A stretch of DNA of 64,000 bases. It comes from Neodothiora populina. Its lineage: Eukaryota. The position numbers and the translations under genes are program-made. The stretch is from NCBI RefSeq assembly GCF_041146345.1, contig NW_027191405.1, positions 1,736,001-1,800,000 on the forward strand, written 5' to 3'. Below the pieces are notes generated by a model. That model worked only from the letters and a program-made list of their open reading frames with translations. It had not been told where the DNA came from and searched no databases. Each line of letters starts with the position of its first letter. Within the stretch, counting starts at the first letter, position 1. Positions 36,486 to 48,584 of the stretch are shown one piece after another.

Positions 36486-38514
36486 GAGATTGCCTAGCCT
36501 CGGTCATGTCTTGAAGACATCTACCCATCGTCGCCTGCTGCCTCAAGTGTGACGCATCTCCAATGCGACACTGGCGCGACTCGCGCTCCCTCACAGGGGC
36601 CTTTTACGTCCACCTGTGCTCAACTCTGCTTCCGCTTAATTGCCTCTTTTTGTACCACTGGCTGGATTGACTCTTGCTTCATGCACATATACCCAATTTT
36701 ATTTCTGCGGATCAACGATGACGCAGGTGGACCACCTTCTCGCGCTGTTCGTCGATATCTCTCATCACGCTCGTTGAACAGAGCGGATGATGTAATGTGT
36801 GGCGACAGTCTGCGGCACTGTCCACTATATACCACGTCGCCCATCGCATTGATCTTGACGTAGGCCCAAGTAGCCTGCACAGCATAGATCAGGGACGAAC
36901 GGAATCGGAAGGGCGGGAAACCCGCTCGGCGACGAGCAAAACGCAAATAACGATCGGAAAACTAAGCGAAGGGATTGTTGCTTGACTGCCTCCCTTTTTC
37001 TTTTTCTTTTTTTGTTATTATATACAACTTTCTGTATGATAGCCACAGCAATAACATGGTTAACGCACGCATTTTGCACACACTTTTTTCTTTTCCACAC
37101 TTGCCTGTCTTGTGAAGATGTTTAGCATGACCACTTTCTCGTGTATTCTCCATACCTGACCCTTTGCTACGGTCCTCGAGAAGAGGGCTTATTCGTCCGT
37201 AAGCAATTACGAGAAAGCCAGGTAAGGGTAGGTACGTTCACCACACGGTTTCATTATTTCGTCATAAAACACATCTCACTCAGCGCCAGCACAAATGATC
37301 AACGACGACGACCACGACAACGACAAACCTGGACCCGGTGATCATGTCCCTGCCTTCCTCGGCCAGCTCGGATGATATTCGTACTTTCCAGCTTTACCCT
37401 GAAAATATATACAAATAAAACCAGTCGTTTTTATTCCCGTGTTTCAATTCCCAGTTCTCGGCCAACTCCCCCCCCCCCAACTCCATTGCGGGAAAGGAAG
37501 AGAATAAATGAACCGAAAAGAAGCGTTCTGGCGATTTCCCCGTCGCTGCTTGCGTCTTCCTTTTCAGATTGACGGGGACTCGCTGGGGAGGTGTCAATGC
37601 GCTGCTAGCTAGCAGGGTGAGGCGGACGCGTCCGCTGGACGTAATGCAGAGCAGAGCAGAGCAGCGCAACGCAGACATAATGCGTACCTTAACTACGTGA
37701 GGCATCGTAATACACTCGACGGGTCTGACATACCGATATCGGGATATAGAGCACCTTCCTTGGAGTAAGAGGTTCCCCACTTGGTGTATTTGTTTGCGTT
37801 TATATACAGCGGAAATGATTCACTATGGAAAAATATCACTTGCAGACAGTATATGGAAAACAGTCGCCATGGACAGCGTGGAAGCTCGTGGAATGAGTCG
37901 TATGTCATACAAGCCATAATTGTCGGTACGATCCCCAAATAATCATGGACTTCACCAAGTGGAACTGCAATTCATTTATTTAGATCAGGTTAATAGTGTA
38001 TCCAAGGAACACAGGAGCTTTTTCTCCGAGGACGCGACCTGGGCTGGGTCTTGCTATCTGGAGTTCTGACTTTCTGTCCCCCTTCTGAGTTGGTTCTTAT
38101 GGAAGACATGTCCTGGGTAAGGTAAGGTATGCACATACGAGAAGCATTATGAGAGAAGCGGGAATAGTAGCCGGAACAGGAACGGAGGAATTGTCTATGC
38201 TGTCATCTGCCTCTTGCTGTCTACAGTGCCTTGCTGAACATATCGCACCATACACATTGCCCTCCCTCTCTCTCTCTGTCTGCCTGTCCAAAGCACCACA
38301 GCATGCAGTGCCTGAACATGTACAGTTAATCATAACATCATACCTGGAGTCACTCTAACCAACTCCGTACAGAACAAAGCTGATGCATGCTGAATCAGCC
38401 TCTGCACGACTTCCCGAGCATTAAGCTTCATCTTCTTCGTGTCACTAACGCGCGCATACAGAGTTTCGTCGCATTTCAAATCATCACAGATTGAACATGT
38501 TGTTGTTCCTACTG

Positions 38515-38539
38515 TCATCATCATCATCATCATCATCAT
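38515..38539. repeat. (CAT)8 microsatellite
   Basis: Read directly; intergenic. Confidence 0.9.
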
Positions 38540-41247
38540 AATTCTCCATCATCTCGTTTACATCAATAGTCTATATTTTGTGCACTTGTATATATCGGAT
38601 GTAACATGCACGGCGCATAAACGGATCAAGGACCTTCAATCAAGAGGGTGCAGTAGTACAACGATCCAAACAGGGTCTTTTGTGTGTGTCGTCTTTGTAC
38701 CCAGCGATTCGTTTTACCTTCGCGTGGAGAGGAGCGAGAGACGGAAAGAAACCATATCCTGACGGCGGACGCTAGTTGGAAACCGGGATCACCGTCCGCT
38801 GGATCGTCATCCTGTGAGATTACGTCGTGGGCACGATGAGAAAAGGTGGGTTCCAGGTAAAAGAGAGGTAATAATGGGCGGCGGCGCGGTGCCATTTTTT
38901 TTTTTGGCTAGAGGACGATCGTTTTTTCTTCGAGAGAGGGACAGGGAGATAGGCACTCTTGCGGATGGACTTCCGTGTTTGCAGCTTTAGCGTCCCCGCA
39001 GATGCTGTGCTGGGTCCGACGATTCGAATCAGTGTGATGTGATATGCAGGGAGGGGTTCCACCCGGGGGGCCAGGCTTTCCTCATCGATGCTACACACTA
39101 CTTTACTGTACGAGTATCGTCGGGTTATGACATGTCGAAACAGGAATGGCGTCGTCGCTCGCTTGGCCACACTCTCTACGTAAGAGTAGGGTAGGATAAT
39201 CTAATTGATTGACGCCTCTCGCTCGCCGCTGGTGTTGTCATAATCGTCGGTATGCGTGCGTATCCCATGTCATCGCAATCAAATCTGCAGGGACCCGGTC
39301 TGGGTGCACAGAACGCAAGTAAATGATTGTGCCAGGGCATGCAGACAGCCGTGCATCGCTTAAACATCACTCTACAGACACATGCTTCTCCTGACCCTGT
39401 GGTGGTGAACCACAGCTGCAATCGGAGTAAAAGAAGCGAGAGGAGACAAACCCGCGAGCCCGATGCCAGGTTGGAGCTTGCATCGGCGCTATCGATCCCG
39501 ATGCTACTTAACTGTACGATGAGGAACGAAAAAAAGTCTTGTCGACGATTTTTTTTGCGCGATCCTCGAGCAGCTTGTGCTGTAGTACAGAGCTCGAGGC
39601 CTCCTCCAATTTTGGCTGAATACGGAGTGCAAACAACGTTTGACGAGCCTCTCTATCTTTTCTTCTTGACTCTCCTTGACTCTCCCCCCAAGACAAAACA
39701 TGTACCATTAATGAGGGGAAAATCAATATTGAGTGATCAGTCGGGCGAACAGGGGATCGAAAGAGGCAGGTCGCAGCGGCCGCAGCACTACCTGCACCCA
39801 GGTTCAGTCCGATTCCCCGATCCCGCGATCTCCCAAACCGGTAGAAGCCCTTCCTGACGACCAATCAAAAGCGCGCGGAGTTGGATTCTGACTTTCTTTG
39901 CCCTGCTTAAGGTACCTCATGCAGCTACCTCACTGGCGGCGGCCAAGCAGGCGAGAGAACAGGATTCACTCAAGTCTCGATAGCGGCTCTGTGACTTGAA
40001 GGTAATGTACTCGTACTTGTTGTACAGGGAAGTCTAAAATAGAGTCTCCCTCTCCACTATTTTCCCCTTTCGTTTGGTGCGCGATCTGCACTGGCAGTTC
40101 TTTGCGGTAGTAACACCACCACCACCATCATCACCGCGGAGACATTCTTTTCGAACCACCATAGTGATCCTGCTAGCGGGCATGCCCACTGATGTATTAT
40201 GTACTGTACATACATCATGCAGGGTGGTGGCAGCATGGACCCTGCCTGTGAAACAACCCTCAACTCTACATGCAGTCCCGGTCAGCAAAGTGCCAAGGGT
40301 CAAGGTACAGTGCAGTGCAGTAATCTGTGATGGCTCCATGGGCTTGCGCGATTGTTGCGCCTTGCGCCTTGCGCCACGCATGCTTACAGCCAAAGCAAAG
40401 AGTCCAGGCTTTTGGTGTCCGCAGACGGTATCAGGCGAGGAGAGAAGTGTCAGCAACGGCGTGTGCATACATGTCTGGTGATGATTGATCCATTATTGCA
40501 TCGATGCGTCGAATGAACTCTATGAGTGTTATGGAAACAGAACGTACCCCTTCCTGTTCCCGGGTCACGCGGCACATGATACTATAACAAAGAGTCCGGA
40601 GCGAATGATTATAACTTTCCTGTTCGTGGACGTCGAGTCATTAGTGGCGGGTTCGATTGCGCGAGAACTGCTGCCGGTTATACGGACTATAAAAAACATA
40701 AAATATATGCAACGGTCGTTCGCGGTTAGCATTGCCCTTTGGTCGCTCCCACATAGATATAGCCTTTTCTGTCAACCTTGTATTCACGTTTGCTCTCGTT
40801 CATCGGTCATGGTGGGACGTGGAACTGCCCCACCTGAGCTGAAGGCCCGGAGAGAGAGGACTGCCCGGCTTTAGTGTAATCATCCTTCATGCGGACCAAG
40901 ACATCTTGTCTCTTGCATTATCGTGATTGGGATAGGCAAGTCACTTTGTATGGTGATCCACTTCTGGCAGACGACTTGCTCGTTCCGCGCGAGCAGCGTG
41001 ATCCACAGTCCATCTATTGGCTCAGCACCACAGCGAAGACGGACCGCAGATGCTGATACGCGAGAAAGTGATCGTTAGACCATTACCGTATGCCGGCAGG
41101 ATCTGTGGCGGGATATACAAAGTGGATGAGTCGTCATGGAAATCATAAAAGCATCAATATACAACAGGTCGAGCACACGGCTTACTATCAGGAACGAGAG
41201 GATTCTGAATACGATAGTCCCACAAGCTGTTCCACTCTGTAAGCCTA

Positions 41248-42272
41248 TCAAGGCAGCCCTCGACCGGAGTTAATGGCTTTGGCGACCTGTGGAGATTGTT
41301 AGCATCCGTGTGGGTTCAGCATTATTACACTTTGATTGTCCCACCTCGCTTGTGTTGGGTCGATTCTCTGATCGTGTCTTGTCAGCTTTGGTGTATGTAC
41401 GACGGAGAAACAACATATCGAGATCTCATGTCTCTGGGATCGGCCCTCACCTGCATATCTCTCGTAACTGTCCAGGTACAGCTCGTCTGTACTCGTTGTG
41501 GCAGCAACGGCGGGGTGTTTCTCTATTGACTCGACCCACTTGGCCCATCTGCTGCCCTCGGTAGGCTCTGGCCAGCCACGATAGGGCTTCAAGACCTTGG
41601 CCAAACGTATGACCCATGGTGCCATCTGAACGTCGACGAATGACATTCCTTCGCCCAAGAAAAAAGGCCCTGATTTGTCACTCGCGTCTACGAGTTTCGA
41701 GATCTGTGTCTTGAGCTCTTCTCCTTCTTCGACCTGAGACTTTTGATCCTGAGCCTGGAGGTAACGGTAGAAATTGGGAATGATGTGTCGATTTATGTGG
41801 TCTGACCACAGACGTGAATGTGCTCTCACTTTTGGGTCATTTGGGAGCAAAGCAGTTCCGGCGTGCAAGTCTTCCAGATACTCCATCAGAACAGTACTCT
41901 CATAGCATCCCCAGTCGCCATGGCGTAGAGCCGGCACAAGACCTCGAGGGTTCACGACGAGTAAAGACTTTGGCTTCGCATAAGGGTCGACCTCGATGTA
42001 CTGGTATGGCAAGCCTTTCAGCTCGAGAGAGATCCATACGCGTTGCACGAAGGGGCTTGAACAACATGTAAAGTCAGTAAGTCCAATCTCGCATGTCGGT
42101 ATTGTGCAGATGGCCCAAGACTGGTCAGCATGGACCAAACATACCAGAAACAACTACCGAACAGCTTGAGGTCATTCTCTTGTGCGTGGGCTTCGACAGT
42201 CTTCAGTGCATCACCTGTTGCCTTCTTGTGATAGGACTTTTTGTTAGGGTCGCCGTTCTGGTTGGCGTCCAT
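41248..42272 (-). CDS. Glutathione S-transferase, Cys-containing (omega-like); introns 42056-42144, 41368-41450, 41287-41344
   Basis: Spliced active site GSCFCPFVQRVW, NPRGLVPAL, YESTVLMEYLED, GPFFLG..SFVD. C-terminus ENRPNTSEVAKAINSGRGLP*. Confidence 0.92.
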
Positions 42273-43053
42273 GGCGTTGATAATGCAAGAAGAAAAATGG
42301 CTATCGTGAATGAAGTGGTCAAGGTGTATTCACGTATGCAAGTCCAGTATTTCTGGTATGATCCGGCGGTGCGCCGTGAGTTTGAATGCGGTGGGTTCAG
42401 TCGAGAGCAGATGTTTACGAATTCACCGTTTCGCGGTCTGGTTGATGCTCCAGGAGGAGAGCAGGCAGTTGAGTTGATGATTCGTGTGTTTTGAAATGCC
42501 ATACATCATAGTATGATGGTATCCTCGATGACGAAACAGGGTCAAGCAAGAGAAGCGATGCCCCGCAATCGGAATCACCTCATAGTACTTGCCGCAATGC
42601 AGTACGAGCTATTAAGTAAGATGCTGTGTGCTACTTGATACAGCGAGAAAAATTGATCGAAGGGAAAGGTGGAATTATCTTCATTCATCAAGGACAAACA
42701 AGGTCAATGCATCTACAGCAGAGATGGAGGAGCAGACAATTGCGTCTCGCTCATCAGAACTTCATCGACTGCTGGTAATGTAGCACTCCAGCTTTCTCCT
42801 CTCCGAACTTTTGAACAAACGTGTATCTCTCATCGTGTCCCGCCTGGCAAACAGGAGCGGGTGTCAGAGAAAAGCATCTGACACAAAATTCAAGCATCAA
42901 ATCATTGCAGTGGCCCCATTTTTATATTTCTCCGCCCTTCAACGCCGGATCCATTGATGCCGTAAAGTTTCTGTCTCCCGTCGCCTGGTGCTCAACAATG
43001 GAAAGGCGGACATGTCTCTATGGAAAAGCGAACGCCGCATCCCATGCTGTAAC

Positions 43054-44341
43054 TCACTCGTCTCCGGGCAAAAGGTTGGACCTGACGGCAAACATCTTGC
43101 TGCTCACGCTCGCGGTGAAGCCGTCAACCTGTCTGGAGTATTGCTCGACCTGTCTGCTGTTCAGCAGAGTCTCGAGTCTGTTTGGCTCCTGAGGAAGCTT
43201 GAAGAGCTTCTGCCATTCGTCCTCGGGGAGAAGGGGCTGCTTGGTGGCTGTGCGCTGGGCGTTCTCGGCCTTGCGCTTCTGCTGCCACTGAGTGATCTTG
43301 GCCTGCTCGCGCTGGAGCGAACGCTGGTAGTACTGGTAGTTGTTGAGCTCGGTGTGGTGGTTCTCAATGCTGTCGAGCAGAAGATCGCAAGTCTTTTCCA
43401 GGAAGGGATCGATGGAGAGATCCAGAGAGTCGAAGTTTGGCACGAGGGGCACGGAGTTCAGCTGAGGATCGACGTTGAGCGCTGCCAGACTGGGAGGGAA
43501 GCTCAGTTGTGCCTTTTTCGGGGGTGCGGTAGGCAGCTGGTGGAGGAATGAGGTGAGGAGGTGTGAGTTGTGGACGCGAACGGGAAGCTCGGTGAAGATG
43601 TCCTGGTGACGGAGACCGCTCTTTTGCAGACTGAAAACGGGGCTGTGTCAGCAAGAGACAGCAATAACCAAGTATGGAGCATTATATCATTACCTCTCGG
43701 TGGTGAACTTGCTCTCCTTGTAAGCGGCGATGAACTGAGGCGAGAGTCTGTAGGCTCTGAGGCTCAGGCTGCCTTGCGAACTGCGGCTGACATCGTGGAC
43801 GAGAGTGACTGTGCGCTCGTTCAACTCCTTCTGGTAGAAGTACTGGTTCTCGATGGTGTTCATGTTGATGAAGTTGCCCATGTTTGTGCTCAGGTACCAG
43901 CCGACGTTCTGCGCATCGACGTTGACTTCCCGTAGGAACTTGACCATCTCGTTCTGGTATGCGTGGTTGGCCTTGGATCGGGGAGCGGCGGCAGCGAGGT
44001 TCTGGTTGTCATGGTTGTTGTAGTTGTTGTCGCCTGAAGAGGTGTCGGCGGCGTGTGGGAAAGGGAAAGAGTTGGTGATTTGGAGTTGGCCGTTGATGTC
44101 CATGCCCACCAGGGCTCCGGTAGCGACAGTAGGGAAAGTCTGCGAGCTGTGCTTGATGATGCGCATCACCACCTGTTGGGATCGTGTCAGAATATCGGGT
44201 TTGGCTGTTCGCTGGGGGATGCGCGGCTGCATACCAGAGCGTCGACCTGGACCTCGCGCAGAGGCGTTTCCTTGCTACGGACATGTCAGCAGGCGTATCT
44301 TTCCGAGGGCTTTCGACAGAGACGTACATAGCATCGGCCAT
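43054..44341 (-). CDS. EIF3H: Translation initiation factor eIF3 subunit H (MPN domain), 3 introns
   Basis: [70 protein letters not shown]. Confidence 0.95.
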
Positions 44342-46379
44342 GATGTGGTTTGGATGTCGTGGGTGAAAAATGGCTGTGATGAAGGCTGTAACGTCGTCAA
44401 TCCGCTCTTCTCACTCTTCTCTCGCCCATAACCAGAATTTCTGCTGGAGGCCAAATCCAGAAGTGCGCTTAGAGCATTCGAGCCCTGAGATTCCGTGACG
44501 CCGGAGTTACCCCATACGGCAGATGATGGCTCTCAATCCCCTGCAAAACCCTTCCAGACTCCCTCATCCAGCAATTTCTCCCTTTTACTGTACAGTACCT
44601 CAAATCATCAACGTCCAGAAAGGCTCGCCCCATATTGATCCCCTCTTGATTCTGATTGTTCTACTGTATTTCTCACCATGACACGGGCTCAAGCGCGGTA
44701 CTGTATTCACAAGACTCGATCTAAACACTCTATTTGATTCCTAAATCCTGCCTCTAGTATGGTACTGCACTGTCACAACACGTGAGTATGAGTCTGTCAT
44801 GAAGAAGCGTGCACTATACGCGAGTGATGTTCACAGGATGCAGAGTACCGGAAGCTGCCTGTACTGGCCAATGAACCACTGTGACTCGGGGTGGGGTGCA
44901 TAGTCGTCCTGCGCAGTAAATGTAAGGTACTTATCCATTCTGTGACTGTACGGAGCCTACAACGGGAGACTCGGTGGGACCATTATCTTTGAGGCAGGAC
45001 AGGACAAGCATCCACAAGACTCGAAAACGCATGGACCAGATCCACTCTTTGATCACTAACTCCGTGTGTGCACATTGCTCGTCTCGCTGCCCGTCCGTTC
45101 AGCGTGCATCGTAATTCGACAGGGGACCTCCCTTTTTCTCTTGTCGTTTCATGACTGTTCGTGTTGCAGCCGTGTATTGCGTGAGAGACAATCCACATTT
45201 CGTGTACGCACTGCACATGCAGGTCCTTGTCGTCGCTCCCTAGGCAGAGAGCGAATACGGACAGATAGTCGTATAATACTACTGTATACCTTTTCTTTTT
45301 TTGGCCGACAGAATTCACAATCTCTGGAGTTGGGTCTCTGCGCCACAGAACCCCGCACCGCCACGGCCACACTTGCCGCGTATCGCCCTGTGCATGAGCT
45401 GTCGAGAGTGTCTCGGGGTGTCAGAGTCCCTTGTAAGTGCCCTGTAAGTGCCTTGTACAGGTACTTGTCCAGTGCCGCAGCAGTAAAGTGAGGTGGTAAG
45501 TCAAGGTACAAGTACTTGTAGGATGATGCTGTCGGACTTGATTGTACACGCGGTTTCCGCATTTTTACATCAATTTCACCTTACCGTACCTTGCTGCCTC
45601 GCCTTAGTCGTGCTGAAACACACTCGACACACTCTCAAAATTACGATACAGTTAATCCCATCATTCCATTATACCGCTATCGGGAAGAACATCAACGTCT
45701 TCACCACAGCACCAACGTCGAATCTTCCAGGGGTTCACAATCAAGGGCGAGATCCACTCTAGCGTTCCAGCCACAGCGGACTGCCGCAGGTACTGTACAT
45801 TCGACCAATTCGACCCTCCTCTCGTGTCACCACCACCCAACCGCACCCTCGAGACGACTTGACTCCAGTGGGCCGCAGTACTCGAGTGAAGCTTGTCTGT
45901 GTTCTCTCAATAACACACTTTCAATTTCCTCGTTGTCGTCCTGTCGAGTGGTATACACTCCTAATCCACCATCTCTTATCGCTCTGGCCGAGTCTGCAAC
46001 GCATCTAATCCACTTTCACCGTGGAACCTACCCCCGTTGAGATAGACATCTCCTCTCAACTCCACTCCTCCATACACAACCAGTTTGCAACCCAGCCATC
46101 TGCTAGTCACAATCGCCTGATCCGACGTTCACCTGTTGATCCGTCAAACATTAATCGTCGTCTTCGCACCTCTTGTCTCACCATCACCACCACCCCCCTA
46201 CGCACTCTTGACTCTTGCTGTGCTGCAATCAGCCCTCCACACTCCACCGTTTCAATTCCCCACCTTGCATGATGCGTGCCTTTGTTTGAATTGAATCCCT
46301 TGTCGCTGCTTGTATACATCTGGCTGCCGTCATCGTCACCGTCTTCGTCGTCGTCATTTCCCCTTTGCGGTAATCGGCG

Positions 46380-47777
46380 ATGGCATTACACCGTGGTATT
46401 CAATCCGCCATATTCTACTACCTGTCATGCGCACCTTGTACCGGTTACTCATATCGGAAGAAGAGACGGAAAGAGGCAATCCGCGACCGCGCACAGAAAC
46501 ACCAATTGGAGATGGAGGAACCTGGACTCTACCGTCACCCGAGCCCATTTGCAACGAACCCCAATTGGCAGACCGAGATAGATCTTGGTCCCAGTCCGCT
46601 TCCACCTCGTGGGAAGAAGACTTCACAGAAGAAGGGTCGCGTCAACACCGGAAATGAGAGCAACGTCACCAGCAGTACTAGTCTACCCCTGGCCAAGGGC
46701 GCGAGCAATGACAGTAACTACACACTACGGAAACACCAGAGGGAAGACGAGGAGCTATGGCGTACGAGTACATCTCGAACGAGTCCCTTGGGCGCTTCCG
46801 TCATGGACATTGGCCGCCCTCCCACCGCAAGGACCACGAGGACCGACAAGACCAGTACGAGCTACTACTCTGTGCAAAATGCCCCCATAAACGATTTACA
46901 TCCCGCTATTGTTACTCGCATTGACAACAGAGAAGACGCAATGTGGATGCTGCAGCCTCCGCCGAGCGCTCGAGTCATGAGTGGGAGAGAGAAGCCCGTC
47001 ACGCGCGTGGCCAGATCGAACAGCGGCTCCAGCAAAGTCAGCAGCAGGCGTCCGGATTCATCACCACTATCACGACAGATCTCTCACCGCATCATTGACG
47101 AGAAACTCAGAAGCCGCGAACTGTTACCAGCCATGGACATCGATGGCGAGCGTACACCTCGACCGGTCGACTCCGCTCTAAGTCCGGATACACCCACTAC
47201 AGAGAGGCTGTCATCAGACAGCACCATAACTTCACGGCGGAAGCGACGTCCGCCTCCTATCAGCGTGTCCGAGGACACTCAGAACTCTAACCGATCCTGT
47301 ACCGACCGTCACAAGACGCATTCACATTCAGCCGAAGCTCTTGACACGAATGGCCAATCAGATCCTCACTATTCCGAAGACCCGGCCGTCCGCAACACTC
47401 GGCATTTGACCGCCTCGTCCAAGCCATCAAGAGACAACGCACGTCAACGCCGTACTGTCGCAGTCAAGCCCGACGAGACCGCACGCTCCACCACTCGACC
47501 GACACTCGGCTCGAAAGACAGACAAGACAGCTCTCTCAATGTTCTACAAGAACTGGTTCCAGCATCCATGTTCAACATGCGCAACTCGACCAAGTCACCA
47601 AGCTTTGAAGCCAAGATAGAATTGCCCTCTCCAAACAGTGACGAGACAGAGCTCCTGGGCAGCGGAAAGGCGGCCTTTGAGAATTGGTTCGAGAGCCGAG
47701 ATATCGCTCTGTTCCCCGAGTGGGTCAGCGAAAGGACCAAGAGAGACGTGTCAGCGAGGTGGAGTGTCGACTTCTAG
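46380..47777 (+). CDS. Conserved fungal hypothetical protein, largely disordered
   Basis: 465-aa ORF with ordered blocks SAIFYYLSCAPC, YRHPSPFATNPNW..EI.LGP, PINDLHPAIV, WMLQPPPSARVMSG and terminal RWSVDF. Confidence 0.8.
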   Translation: MALHRGIQSAIFYYLSCAPCTGYSYRKKRRKEAIRDRAQKHQLEMEEPGLYRHPSPFATNPNWQTEIDLGPSPLPPRGKKTSQKKGRVNTGNESNVTSSTSLPLAKGASNDSNYTLRKHQREDEELWRTSTSRTSPLGASVMDIGRPPTARTTRTDKTSTSYYSVQNAPINDLHPAIVTRIDNREDAMWMLQPPPSARVMSGREKPVTRVARSNSGSSKVSSRRPDSSPLSRQISHRIIDEKLRSRELLPAMDIDGERTPRPVDSALSPDTPTTERLSSDSTITSRRKRRPPPISVSEDTQNSNRSCTDRHKTHSHSAEALDTNGQSDPHYSEDPAVRNTRHLTASSKPSRDNARQRRTVAVKPDETARSTTRPTLGSKDRQDSSLNVLQELVPASMFNMRNSTKSPSFEAKIELPSPNSDETELLGSGKAAFENWFESRDIALFPEWVSERTKRDVSARWSVDF

Positions 47778-48584
47778 CTCGGTCTCTCGCCACACCATTC
47801 TGTATCCTTGACTTATTTATTGGCATAGACACATTTCGACATTGTACGGCGTTGGTGGGGTAAGCGACGTGAACATTTCTCTTTCTCATTGTTGTTCCCG
47901 CGAGGTACCAGGAACCGTTCATCACCTGCATACGTACTCTAGCAAGCACATGGGTGCAGGCACACACATGGCAGAAAATAGGCGTTTAGTTCATCTTCCT
48001 TGCGCGCGGGATTTTCCTTTTCGAAGTTGGATTGTACGGTGCGTGGGAAGGGTGTTATTTTTTTTGCTTTTGCCCCGTCATTGGGGAAAGACCCTGTGTC
48101 TGCACTGCCTCTGCATATCATGTGTGTTGAAGGGTTTTTTTGTTTTTCGTCTTTAGAAAGCGCAGCGGCATTGGATTCGTGGAGCGGAGCGCACACGCAT
48201 AGCAGCACACGGAGGTACCATATATTGGCAGCCTCTTACCCCCTCGTTGTTATCTTGCTTCTCCGTCTGTCTCTCTCACTTCAACATGCACACACACATA
48301 TACATATCAGCGTCGCGGTCGTCTTTAGTCTTGTACTCGGACTTTTGTTTGGCCAGCAGCCAATCAGGAGAGAAAAGAAAAGAGAGTCGTCTCGCTACCA
48401 CTACCTTCCTACTCTCGTTTGCAATCACACCTTCCAAGTCCAATTCGTACATGTCCTTATGCATAGAAGATACGCGACGAACTCACAGCAGCCAATCCGG
48501 TCTTCGTCGCGAATATGATATCAAAATCCTCGAACGTCTGTCTAGTCAATAGACAACATCTACAATCCAAAGAACCAAAGAACA

